NCBI GenBank assembly: GCA_963758295.1
Contig: CAVWUU010000001.1
Span: 32,001 to 96,000 of the forward strand
Reading direction: 5' to 3'
DNA: 64,000 nt
Origin: Candidatus Eremiobacteria bacterium
GTDB lineage: Bacteria > Vulcanimicrobiota > Vulcanimicrobiia > Vulcanimicrobiales > Vulcanimicrobiaceae
In this document: in pieces, positions 1 through 8,935 of the stretch
How the letters are laid out: every line of letters begins with the position of its first letter
Numbering within the stretch: position 1 is the first letter of the stretch
Translations under genes and position numbers: made by a program
The notes under the pieces: model-generated
The model's input: the letters and a program-made list of their open reading frames with translations, nothing else
Databases searched by the model: none
Told to the model about the DNA's origin: nothing

Positions 1-31
1 CGCAAAGGAGAAAACCCATCATGTGATTACG

Positions 32-862
32 TCAAAAATATGAAGCGGCTGCGGGCGGAAATTGCAACGCGCGAGTTTTATCGAACGCCGGCCGTTGGTG
101 GCTAAGGACGAACTGCGCAACGTCGTAAGCGTCTCGCATCGAGAGCGATCCCGGCGCGTTCTGCGGCATGTTGTAGCGGATGAATCCGGCCATGCGGTCG
201 ATGTGCGCCATCCCCGCGCCCTTATTGAAAGACGTAGCGCCCCACAGCGGCGGAAAGGGTCCGTTTCCCGCACCGCCGGCGCCATGACAGGACGCGCACT
301 TTTGGCCGTACAGTGCTGCGCCGTCCTTCGCGTCAGGCGTGGTGGACGGAAGGGGGACGAGAAAACGATCGTCCTTCGCCTGAGCTTTCCCAACCGGGAC
401 GTCGCGCGATAAATACGAGATGTAAGCGACGAGCGCTACCATTTCCTTACTGGAGTAGGCCGGCGGCGTACCATTCATACTGTACAGAAAGCACTCGGCA
501 AGGCGGTCTTGCAATGCAATAACGCGATGCGCGCGCTTGTTCCATTGCGGAAAGCGTCCGTAGACGCCGACGAAGCTTCCGCCGCGCGCAACGGTACCCG
601 CGCCAAGATGACAAGCTTCGCACGACATGCGCGCGGTGACGTTCTTCGGCAAGCGCTTCTGCGTGTCGACGATGATGTCGTGGCCAAGACGGATGGAATC
701 GCCAAGGCCGCCCGTCGGCAACGCCTGCGGATCGTAAGCCGCTTGTGAAGCCGCAGAACTCGCCGTCTCACCCGCGTTCGTCTGCGTTCCGGAACCGCCG
801 CCGCACGCCGCTAAAACCGCGACGCATGCGAGCGCGGCGATGCTAGAACGTAAGCGCAGCAT
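32..862 (-). CDS. tsdA: Diheme c-type cytochrome, thiosulfate dehydrogenase TsdA family, lipoprotein
   Basis: Two CxxCH motifs (CEACH, CASCH), the TsdA-type RLAECFLYSMNG active-site Cys segment, PPLWG..SFN.GAGM and FIRYNMP motifs, and lipobox LAAC. Start reassigned to ATG 862. Confidence 0.85.
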   Translation of the reverse strand: MLRLRSSIAALACVAVLAACGGGSGTQTNAGETASSAASQAAYDPQALPTGGLGDSIRLGHDIIVDTQKRLPKNVTARMSCEACHLGAGTVARGGSFVGVYGRFPQWNKRAHRVIALQDRLAECFLYSMNGTPPAYSSKEMVALVAYISYLSRDVPVGKAQAKDDRFLVPLPSTTPDAKDGAALYGQKCASCHGAGGAGNGPFPPLWGATSFNKGAGMAHIDRMAGFIRYNMPQNAPGSLSMRDAYDVAQFVLSHQRPAFDKTRALQFPPAAASYF

Positions 863-1556
863 ACGTGTAGTTGTACTTTGCTTGCAGCACGGCGACCGTT
901 GCGACCATCGACGGAACGACGATGGCACCCGGAATTAAATGCATTAGAATATCGTTTGCAACTTCGGTAGCCGTCATGCCCGACGGCGCCAATTCTTGTT
1001 TCACGAGTTTGCGCGCCTGTTCTTCGATCGCGGTGTGGCAGGTGAGCATCAATACGCCGCGCTTCTGGAGCGCTTCGATGGACGTATCTTGATAGAAGCC
1101 TTTGTCGTCGTTGGCGTCACCGGAGACGCTAAGGTTGCTCTTCGCTTTGAGAAACGTATTGCTCGTAAGCGTCGCGCCCGATGCGTCCTTAGCGTTGATG
1201 AAGTCGCCGATCTTGTATTTTTGCCAAACGTAGTCGCTAAAGCCGTACGCGGCCGACGCTCCGTGGCCGGCGATGGCCATAACGATACGATCCGCGGGAT
1301 AACCGAACCCGAACTGCAGTCCGTTTAGCGCGTTTTTGACGTTATTTAAAAGACCCGGTTGAAACGCGACCGCTTCGAAAACCTGACGGATGTCGGCCGT
1401 CTTTCCGACGAGACGCGCAAATTCGGCCTCGTCGAAATTGCCTTTCCGCTCGACGAATGCCGTGCCGCCGGGAACATTTTGGGCCAGCACCGGCGCTGCG
1501 GTTGCGCCGGCGGCCAATACGGTCGCGGACGCGGCTAGGAATCCGTTGCGGTTCAT
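843..1556 (-). CDS. Tat-type exported DsrE-like protein (possible Acidithiobacillus-type thiosulfate dehydrogenase homolog)
   Basis: Tat-like N-terminus MNRNGFL...AxA. C-terminal LQKRGVLMLTCHTA and LIPGAIVVPSMV segments look DsrE-like. It overlaps tsdA. Confidence 0.6.
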   Translation of the reverse strand: MNRNGFLAASATVLAAGATAAPVLAQNVPGGTAFVERKGNFDEAEFARLVGKTADIRQVFEAVAFQPGLLNNVKNALNGLQFGFGYPADRIVMAIAGHGASAAYGFSDYVWQKYKIGDFINAKDASGATLTSNTFLKAKSNLSVSGDANDDKGFYQDTSIEALQKRGVLMLTCHTAIEEQARKLVKQELAPSGMTATEVANDILMHLIPGAIVVPSMVATVAVLQAKYNYTYAALTF

Positions 1557-1557
1557 G

Positions 1558-2484
1558 TTACCCCTTCGTCTGCAGCGGCTCGGTGAAGCCATAGGAACGA
1601 TAGATCGCTTGTGCGGTGTCTGTTGTCAAAAAGTTCACGAACGCCTTCGCGGCGTCGGGATGCGGCGCGCGCAGCACGGCGGCGGCCTCATACGTCGCAA
1701 GCACGTTGTCTTTCTCGGGAATACGCACGGCTTCTATGCCGCTGTGAATTCGCTCCTGATACAGCGCTTCGGAAAGCCACACCGGGCCGGCGTCGGCTTT
1801 GCCCTCTTGAATCCAAATTGGCGTTTCCCGATGATGGATTCGCGTAAGCATCGTCGTGCCGTCGCGAAGCTTTACATCCATGATTTCATGAACGAGCGCT
1901 TTGCCGCCGGCATTCTGAAACGAAATCTCGATCTGCTTCGCCACGCCTTCCGTTTGCGGGTTCGGCATCGCCACGCGGACGTCGCTGCGACCCAAATCAC
2001 GCAGCGATTCGATGTGCTTGGGGTTTCCGCCGCGGACCATCAGCGCGAGGTCGTTCGTTGCATATGCGACCGGAGCACCTACGCTGCCGGCCTGGCGTTC
2101 TTTATCCATGCGGCCTTTGCCGGCGAGAAAAACGTCCGGCTCTACGTTGATGAGCAGCTCGCCGATGCGCAGCGACGCACCGTTATCCATCTGCTCCGCG
2201 AGAATACCCGGAGGCAGCGTTTGATAATAGACGTTGCGCACTTCGGGATGATCTCGCCTGAACGCCGCGATCAGATCCGGCAGAACCATCCACTGATTGC
2301 CCGCAGCAAAGATTACAAGGTCGGCAGTCATCGGGTTACCATGAAGGTCCATGTCGTCGTCGACGCCGCGAATCGTAAAGTTGACGGGAGGCGCCTGTGC
2401 CGCAGCGGCTGATGGAACTGCGGACGGCGCCGGCGTTGCGCCAAGCATTACGACGGCAAGCGTGAGAGCGGCGAGAAACTTCAT
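1558..2484 (-). CDS. ModA-like periplasmic oxyanion (molybdate/thiosulfate) binding protein
   Basis: Signal peptide plus YATNDLALMV..GNPK.I.SL.DL, VAMPNP and GKADAGPVW.SEA motifs typical of the ModA/SBP_bac_11 family. Confidence 0.75.
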   Translation of the reverse strand: MKFLAALTLAVVMLGATPAPSAVPSAAAAQAPPVNFTIRGVDDDMDLHGNPMTADLVIFAAGNQWMVLPDLIAAFRRDHPEVRNVYYQTLPPGILAEQMDNGASLRIGELLINVEPDVFLAGKGRMDKERQAGSVGAPVAYATNDLALMVRGGNPKHIESLRDLGRSDVRVAMPNPQTEGVAKQIEISFQNAGGKALVHEIMDVKLRDGTTMLTRIHHRETPIWIQEGKADAGPVWLSEALYQERIHSGIEAVRIPEKDNVLATYEAAAVLRAPHPDAAKAFVNFLTTDTAQAIYRSYGFTEPLQTKG

Positions 2485-2543
2485 AAGGTGTAGCCTAGGG
2501 CGGCTACTCGATTAAGTCAAATCACTTTCTTGGAGGGCTGAGC

Positions 2544-3386
2544 ATGCGCGAGCCGATCGATCCCACCAAAGCGACGAGCGTGCAAATGGATCGGAAGACC
2601 TTCACCGGATTGTCCCTTGGCGCCGCGGCGGCCGGTCTAACCAGCAATTTTGGTCGTCCTCACGCGCCGATCGTGAATGAAGACGATCCGGCGATCGTCG
2701 TAGAGCGCGTGCGCTTATCGCGTCCCGGCGGGACGATAGACGCGTACAAGGCCTCGCCGAAGAATGCGACTGCAAACGCGCCGGGGGTCGTGCTGACCAT
2801 GCACATTTGGGGCGTTGACGCGCAGATCCGCGACGTCGTGCGACGCTACGCAAAAGCCGGATATTGCGCGATTGCGCCAGATCTGTATTCTCGTTGGAGC
2901 CCGCCCAGCGGCGATGGTCTAACGGACATTTCGATATTCCGGCCGTTCGCTGCAAGGCTGGAGCGCTCGCAGTACTCGGGCGACCTTCTTGCGGCCGCCG
3001 AACACCTCAGCGAAAAGGCGCCGCAAGGCAAGCTGGCCGTCACAGGTTTCTGCATGGGCGGCCACCTTGCTCTGCAGCAAACCGTGGACAACGCGGGCAC
3101 CTTCACGGCGGTAGCGCCGTTCTACGGTGCGGTGAAAGATATCGATCCTGCCGCGGTTCACATGCCGGTGTGCGGCAGCTACGGCGAGCGCGACAGCAGT
3201 ATTCCGGCCGACGGCGTTCGCGCGTGGAGAAATGCTTTACGAGTGGCGAATGATATAAAGATCTATCCGTCCGCCGGCCATGCGTTCTTCGATGACACGC
3301 GCAATTCGTACGTCGCATCGGCTGCCGAAGACGCGTGGAGTCGTACTCTTACCTTCTTCAAGGGACAACTCGGGTTACAATCGTGA
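2544..3386 (+). CDS. Dienelactone hydrolase family protein
   Basis: GFCMGG nucleophile elbow, HIWG, AIAPDLY and YPSAGHAF motifs. GGAGG RBS upstream. Confidence 0.9.
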   Translation: MREPIDPTKATSVQMDRKTFTGLSLGAAAAGLTSNFGRPHAPIVNEDDPAIVVERVRLSRPGGTIDAYKASPKNATANAPGVVLTMHIWGVDAQIRDVVRRYAKAGYCAIAPDLYSRWSPPSGDGLTDISIFRPFAARLERSQYSGDLLAAAEHLSEKAPQGKLAVTGFCMGGHLALQQTVDNAGTFTAVAPFYGAVKDIDPAAVHMPVCGSYGERDSSIPADGVRAWRNALRVANDIKIYPSAGHAFFDDTRNSYVASAAEDAWSRTLTFFKGQLGLQS

Positions 3387-4633
3387 CGATCGCTGTGGAT
3401 TTCGTTCTACTCTTAGCCGGCGTGGCCGCCGGCGGTCTTATCGTTTTTTTCGCGCAACGCGCGAAGGTCGTTCAGTTGGAAGAGCGGCTCTCGGCCGAAC
3501 GTCTTCGTGCCGAGGATGCCAAGCACGGCCAGCAGCATGCGGTAGAAGCGCTGCTGGAACGGGCTAAGAACGAGTTACGCGAAGCAACGGCTTCGCGCGC
3601 GACCGAACGGGTCGGCGAAATCGTCGCACCGATCGCGGCGAAGCTTGGCGAGTTCGACCGGCTCGTGCGCGAAATCGAAAGCAAGCGCAACGAAGACACC
3701 GGGAACCTCAAAGCGCAGATCGAGAACTTGCTCACGCGAGCCGACAAAATCGAAACCGCAACGGTCGCGCTCACGAATCAAACGTCGACACTCGTGACGG
3801 CGCTTAAGAACCCCACGACGCGCGGCAAGTGGGGCGAGATTCAACTGCGCAACGTCGTCGAAAAAGCCGGCATGCTTTCGTACTGCGATTTTGCCGAGCA
3901 GCAAACGATTGCCGTCGAAGCCGGCCGCGCACGACCGGACATGACTGTCAATCTTCCCGGTCAGCGGCGCGTTTTCGTCGATGCGAAAGCGCCGACCGAT
4001 GCGTTGCAGGCTGCTTTTGAAGCGGTCGACGAAGCGGCGCGCAAAGACCTCGTGCGGCGGCACGCGCGGGCGTTGCAAGACCATGTCGATGCACTAGCGC
4101 GCCGCAGCTATCACACGACGGAAGGCTCGGCCGACTTCGTCATCATGTTCGTGCCGGGCGAAGCGTTCCTCAGTGCCGCGTGCAACGAGAATCCAATGCT
4201 CATCGAGTACGCGCTCGACAAAGGCGTATTGGTCACCGGACCGCTCGCGCTCATCAGCCTGCTTCGTTCCTTCGCAATGGGTTGGCAAGCGGTGAAGCAG
4301 GAAGAAAACTCCAAGCGTATCGCCGCTATCGGGCGCGAGCTCTACGAGCGCACTACCCGGTTCGCGGAAAAGCTTTCCAAGCTCGGCCTGAACCTCGAAC
4401 GTTCCGTCAGCGCGTTCAACGAAACGATTGGATCGTACGAATCGCGGCTGTTACCGCAGGGGCGAAAGCTCAAAGACGAAGCGGCGCTTCCCGCAGACGA
4501 TTTGCCGGAGATTTCGGTGATCGAGCTTGCGCCGCGCGCAATCACTTCACTGGAAACCGAACAACCGCGCGACAAGCGTTCCAAGCGTGCGCCCGCGGCT
4601 CCGAATCTCTTCCAAAACGACGAAGCGGGCTAG
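3383..4633 (+). CDS. rmuC: DNA recombination protein RmuC
   Basis: N-terminal TM helix and coiled coil, RGKWGEIQL, RPD..V.LP, VDAKAP and DFVIMFVPGE motifs. GTGA overlap with the upstream gene. Confidence 0.9.
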   Translation: MTIAVDFVLLLAGVAAGGLIVFFAQRAKVVQLEERLSAERLRAEDAKHGQQHAVEALLERAKNELREATASRATERVGEIVAPIAAKLGEFDRLVREIESKRNEDTGNLKAQIENLLTRADKIETATVALTNQTSTLVTALKNPTTRGKWGEIQLRNVVEKAGMLSYCDFAEQQTIAVEAGRARPDMTVNLPGQRRVFVDAKAPTDALQAAFEAVDEAARKDLVRRHARALQDHVDALARRSYHTTEGSADFVIMFVPGEAFLSAACNENPMLIEYALDKGVLVTGPLALISLLRSFAMGWQAVKQEENSKRIAAIGRELYERTTRFAEKLSKLGLNLERSVSAFNETIGSYESRLLPQGRKLKDEAALPADDLPEISVIELAPRAITSLETEQPRDKRSKRAPAAPNLFQNDEAG

Positions 4634-4653
4634 AGTTTAGAAGCCCCGGCTTC

Positions 4654-5280
4654 TTATCGCAATTGGGCACGTGCGAGGGGCAAAGAGCCGTCGCGCAGTT
4701 CCAAACTTTGCATCGGCGTAGCGCGCGTAACGAAAAGTTCGCTCGTTGCGCCGGATGACTTCGTCCGACCTATGAATTGGGCGGATCGGCCCGTTCCGGC
4801 GTACACGCCATACGAACGCGCACTTTTTACCAGCACGTAAAGCCACGAACGGTCGCGCGCGTAGATCACTTTCGCTGCCGGCGCATCGGCGCGTACGGCC
4901 GTAAATTGCGAATGATTGAAGTGGCTGTCGATCATTGCAACGATTGCGGGATTCCCGGGATTCGGCCGATGGAATAACGCGGCGAACAGGAACGACGTAA
5001 GCATCGCGCCGAGGACGAAGGCCGCCGCTAAGCGGGCCCAGTGCGCGAACGCGGACGACGGAGAGGAACGCGCGAAAAGCATCTTCCGATCGAGCGAAGC
5101 CGGCGTTGCGCGTTCGCTCCGCGCCCGCTCGAGCGATAGGACGGCTTCCTCCGCTTCACCGATGCGGAGGCGGCATTCGGCGCAGCCGGCAGCGTGTGCG
5201 TCGACGGCGCGGCGTTCGACTTCGCTCAACGCTCCAAGCGCATAGAGCTCGGCGGCATCGCCGACGTGCCGGTCATTCAT
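4654..5280 (-). CDS. Anti-sigma factor (zf-HC2 / RskA-like)
   Basis: ELYALGAL and HxxxCxxC zinc motif, a single TM helix, directly downstream of an ECF sigma. Confidence 0.8.
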   Translation of the reverse strand: MNDRHVGDAAELYALGALSEVERRAVDAHAAGCAECRLRIGEAEEAVLSLERARSERATPASLDRKMLFARSSPSSAFAHWARLAAAFVLGAMLTSFLFAALFHRPNPGNPAIVAMIDSHFNHSQFTAVRADAPAAKVIYARDRSWLYVLVKSARSYGVYAGTGRSAQFIGRTKSSGATSELFVTRATPMQSLELRDGSLPLARAQLR

Positions 5281-5803
5281 GTGGAGCGCCTTCCCTTGCG
5301 AGCGACGTCCGCAAGGCGCGTAATGCCGCCGAGAGATGACTTTTCACCGTGCCGAGCGGCTTTTGCATCTTCTCCGCCGTTTCGGCCAACGTCATGGAAC
5401 GAAAGTAAGCATAGTCAACGGTTTGCCTTTGCAATGGCGTGAGCGCTTCTATTGCCCGCGCAATACGCGCAGATTCGATGGGATCGGTTTCTTCCGGATC
5501 GGCCGCTTCATCGTGCGCTGGGTCGAGCGGCATTTCGCGAACCGTCTTCCGCAGCCGCCCGAGCGCCTCGTTTCGCACGCATACCACGAGAAACGCTTCG
5601 AGACTGCCGCGATCGACGGTATAAGCGCTTGCGCGTTGCCACATTCGCAGGAGCACGTCGTGCACGCAATCCTCCGCTAGTGACTCGCTCTTTAATAGGC
5701 GAAGCGCTACGGCATAAAGCCGTCCGCCGAAGCGGCGGTATGCCGCTTCGTACGCTGAACCTTCGCGTCTCGCAAACGCGCGCTCGAGCGCCTCGTCGCG
5801 CAC
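5273..5803 (-). CDS. ECF RNA polymerase sigma-70 factor (SigK-like)
   Basis: Region 2 AEDCVHDVLLRMW and region 4 LAETAEKMQKPLGTVKS. GTG start at 5803, next to the upstream stop. Confidence 0.88.
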   Translation of the reverse strand: MRDEALERAFARREGSAYEAAYRRFGGRLYAVALRLLKSESLAEDCVHDVLLRMWQRASAYTVDRGSLEAFLVVCVRNEALGRLRKTVREMPLDPAHDEAADPEETDPIESARIARAIEALTPLQRQTVDYAYFRSMTLAETAEKMQKPLGTVKSHLSAALRALRTSLAREGAPHE

Positions 5804-5804
5804 G

Positions 5805-6689
5805 TTACGAGAGCGAAGTGTCCTCGATCCGAGCGTCGCCGTCATCTACCTGAACCGTCCGGTAGCCGAGAACGCGCAGCAGATCGTCGTGCGGCAGGGT
5901 CACGGGTCCAGGCTTCGGCGCCGTCCCGGGTTTTGGCTGCGGATAAGCCGTAGCCGCCGCGCTGGCAAAACGGATATTTCCCTCCGAATGCGTGACGATT
6001 TGATGGATGTGCCCGTTTAGGACCGTTACGCGATCGAACTTCTGCAGCAAAGCGAGGGCTTTCGTGCCGTCTTCGGTGGTCCAGCCCCATTGCGGATAGA
6101 GCGCGTAGAGCGGCACGTGGGTGAAAACCACTACGGGCGTCGTCCGGGGAACGGCTGCCAGATCCGCGCGGAGCCAATCGAGCTGGTCTCCTCCGAGCAG
6201 CCCGAGCTTCTCGAAGTTGAAAACGTTCAGCAATGCGACGTAATGGATGCCGCCGTCGTTCCAAGATGCCCACCCGCCATCCCGCGATTGCGGAATCTTG
6301 AAGTTGTTCAAGTAGCCTTTGAAATCGTTGCTGACAACGTCGTGTTCGCCGGGCAACGCAATGAGCGGGGCTTTCAACTCCGATAAGATGGCACGCGCGT
6401 CGTCGAACTGTTGCGGCGTCGAAAGATGCGTGATATCCCCGGTGTGCACGACGAACTTCGGCGGCATCTTCATCGCGTTGATGCGATCTACCGCAGCTCT
6501 CAGCGTGCCGGCAACGTCCATGTTAGCCGCCTGATGAAATCCGATGTGACTGTCGCTAATTTGAACGAATTCAACCGACGGGGCATCGGCTGCGACCGCT
6601 CGGCCGAGGAGCAGGCCGCTTCCCGCGACCGTATATGCAATGCCCGCGCCGGTCCATGCAATGTGCTCGACGAATTCCGAACGTTTCAT
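5805..6689 (-). CDS. Metallophosphoesterase (CpdA/Icc-like)
   Basis: SDSH, HTGDITH, PGEHD, FTHVP and NGHIH calcineurin-like motifs. Confidence 0.9.
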   Translation of the reverse strand: MKRSEFVEHIAWTGAGIAYTVAGSGLLLGRAVAADAPSVEFVQISDSHIGFHQAANMDVAGTLRAAVDRINAMKMPPKFVVHTGDITHLSTPQQFDDARAILSELKAPLIALPGEHDVVSNDFKGYLNNFKIPQSRDGGWASWNDGGIHYVALLNVFNFEKLGLLGGDQLDWLRADLAAVPRTTPVVVFTHVPLYALYPQWGWTTEDGTKALALLQKFDRVTVLNGHIHQIVTHSEGNIRFASAAATAYPQPKPGTAPKPGPVTLPHDDLLRVLGYRTVQVDDGDARIEDTSLS

Positions 6690-6690
6690 T

Positions 6691-7017
6691 TTACTTGGCG
6701 CCTTTCACGATAACGACGCCCTTCATGAACGGATGCATCTCGCAGAAATACGCGTACGTCCCGGATTTACTGAAGGTGTATTGCCAGGACGCGCCCGTGT
6801 CCATGCCTTTCGAATCGAAACGATTGTCCGTCGCGGTGACCGTGTGGGCGTCATCGTCGTCGTTTACGAAAAGCACCGTATCCCCGGTGTGGACCGTTAC
6901 GCGTGCAGGCGTATACGCGTCGTCTTTGATATGAACCGTCGCCGCTGCCGGCGGCGCGGGCGTTTGAGCGGTGAGGCCGGCAACGAGCACGGCCAAGAGC
7001 ATCGACTTGAGTCTCAT
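6691..7017 (-). CDS. Cupredoxin / plastocyanin-azurin family copper protein
   Basis: Signal peptide, HTVTA and YFCEMHPFMKG type-1 copper ligands. Confidence 0.88.
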   Translation of the reverse strand: MRLKSMLLAVLVAGLTAQTPAPPAAATVHIKDDAYTPARVTVHTGDTVLFVNDDDDAHTVTATDNRFDSKGMDTGASWQYTFSKSGTYAYFCEMHPFMKGVVIVKGAK

Positions 7018-7054
7018 GCTCTCTCTATGCGTGAGGGCGCTTCCCGGTTCGGAT

Positions 7055-7858
7055 TTACTTGAACGGAGTGGGAGAGGCGGCTGCCGTCGCCGACCACGAG
7101 GTCCCGCCGGCATACTCCACATGAACGATACGATAGCTTGCGAGGCGCGCTTGCAGCAACGGTAAGGCCGGTTCAGTGAATTGGCGTTCGATGCAATTCT
7201 CGCCACGCAGTCGCGCGCCCGGGGCATTTTGCTGCCATTCGCTCAACGAAGCATACCCGGCAACGTCGGTACCCGGGGCGAATTCGCCTCGCCGGTCGAG
7301 CACGAGATCGCCCAAAGCCTGATCGGCGGCAGAAAGCAACGGGAAATCAACGACGACGCGCGTCGCCGGTAAAAGCGCCAGATTTTTGAACGAAACGCAG
7401 GCGATAAAGGCCGTACCGTCCCGCTTCGCCGCGGCAAACCCGTTTAAGATTTGCGTACGTCCTTGAACGCGGCCGTCGAGCGCTGAATTTACCAGCGGCA
7501 ATCCGCGCCAGGCGTTGAGCGTCGCGGCTTCGGCCGGAGAGACAAGCCGGTATTTCGGACCGATTTGTTCGTCGGTAACGCCTTGCGCATAGAGCGCGGT
7601 GCGGCCTTTTCCTTGCAGCCATGACATCACGGCACGCCGGTCGGCATCTTCAAGGGAAACAATATCCGTCTCGGCTTTATCGGGTTGAAACGACGACTCG
7701 ATAGGCGTGGGCGGCGTTTTGTTGCTCGCCCAGACGACAACGCGCTTGAAGTCGCTGTCGGATAGCGCGCGCATCTCCGTGAGGACGCTCACCAGGCCCG
7801 GCGAAGCGTCCGCGTGCGCGCGCGCCGCACCAAGCGCGGCCATCGCCGCGAACGCCAA
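7055..7858 (-). CDS. Hypothetical secreted protein
   Basis: 267-aa ORF with an Ala-rich signal-like N-terminus (AHA-D). The start is uncertain. Confidence 0.55.
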   Translation of the reverse strand: MAFAAMAALGAARAHADASPGLVSVLTEMRALSDSDFKRVVVWASNKTPPTPIESSFQPDKAETDIVSLEDADRRAVMSWLQGKGRTALYAQGVTDEQIGPKYRLVSPAEAATLNAWRGLPLVNSALDGRVQGRTQILNGFAAAKRDGTAFIACVSFKNLALLPATRVVVDFPLLSAADQALGDLVLDRRGEFAPGTDVAGYASLSEWQQNAPGARLRGENCIERQFTEPALPLLQARLASYRIVHVEYAGGTSWSATAAASPTPFK

Positions 7859-7884
7859 CGCTTGCAGCAGCGCGATGCGCTTCT

Positions 7885-8424
7885 TTATTGTTGTTTATCT
7901 TTCCAGGCTTTGAGCGCCGCGAGCGTGTTCTCCACATGTTTGTCGGGCTGCAAATTGGTGTAGCTGTAAATCACCGTACCGTCGGGGACGATTACGTAGG
8001 ACGTGCGGTTGGCGTATTCCGGATTCTGCGTCAACACCGCGTCGTAGGCTTTCTCGACCGTTTGATCCGTGTCTGCGGCGACGGCAAATTTGCTGCGGCA
8101 ATCGCTTACCGAAAACTTTTGCAACTTGTCGATTGGATCGTGGGACACGCCGATCACGGTTGCGCCCAGCGCCTTATACTGCTCGATCGCATCGGCGAAC
8201 TCGTGCGCCTCGATCGTGCAGCCCGGCGTAAACGCCGCCGGATAGAAATACAGGACGACCGGTCCTTTTTTTAGGGCATCGGCCAGCGAAAAACTGAAGA
8301 CTTTGCCGCCTTGAGAAGCTTGCAAAGTAAAGTCCGGCGCTTTCGCTCCGTTATCGAGCGCTGCGGCAGCGGGCGCAATGGCGAGAGCAGCGAGAGCGAG
8401 CACACCGAGAACACGACGTACCAT
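7885..8424 (-). CDS. Exported peroxiredoxin (BCP/PrxQ family)
   Basis: YFYPAAFTPGCT peroxidatic motif, signal peptide, GGAGG RBS before ATG 8424. Confidence 0.9.
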   Translation of the reverse strand: MVRRVLGVLALAALAIAPAAAALDNGAKAPDFTLQASQGGKVFSFSLADALKKGPVVLYFYPAAFTPGCTIEAHEFADAIEQYKALGATVIGVSHDPIDKLQKFSVSDCRSKFAVAADTDQTVEKAYDAVLTQNPEYANRTSYVIVPDGTVIYSYTNLQPDKHVENTLAALKAWKDKQQ

Positions 8425-8475
8425 GAATCTCCTCCAAAGCAAGCGTTTTCACTATAACACAGAGAACGTTGCGTC

Positions 8476-8865
8476 ATGGCTAGTTGGTTCACGTTCCTAC
8501 GCTCGGAAGAGAACGTCACCGCAACGGTAACGGTAAATTACGGCATCGATGCCGCGGCGGAGATTCCGCAGCGCCCGATGCTCTTTCTCGTCGTCCGGAA
8601 TCTGGATCAGCCGTCGGATCGCACCCCGGAAGAGCTGGAAGCGCTGATCTGCACCGATTTGGAAAACGGCGGCGCGCTGGTCGTCGGCGGCCTCACGATG
8701 GATCGAACGCGAACGATCGTCGCGTACGGGAGCGACGAAATGCAAGCTCGCCAGGCGCTCGGCGCTTATGACGGCGGCGTCGCTTTTCAAGCGAAGGCCG
8801 ACCCCGAGTGGCAAATCTACCGCACGCTTTTACCGACCGACCCGGAACTGACTTCTGCTCCTTAG
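8476..8865 (+). CDS. Hypothetical protein (DUF695-like)
   Basis: 129-aa ORF. The C-terminal DPEWQIY..LLP resembles DUF695. Confidence 0.5.
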   Translation: MASWFTFLRSEENVTATVTVNYGIDAAAEIPQRPMLFLVVRNLDQPSDRTPEELEALICTDLENGGALVVGGLTMDRTRTIVAYGSDEMQARQALGAYDGGVAFQAKADPEWQIYRTLLPTDPELTSAP

Positions 8866-8868
8866 GAC

Positions 8869-8920
8869 GCCCTTGTCATAGGGAAGCAACGCCGATATGC
8901 GCCTCTGCTTCGACAGGGGC
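8869..8920. terminator. Long imperfect hairpin between convergent genes
   Basis: GCCCTTGTC (8869-8877) pairs with GACAGGGGC (8912-8920), and the inner GAAGCA pairs with TGCTTC. Confidence 0.45.
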
Positions 8921-8935
8921 ACCCATACGTGAGAG

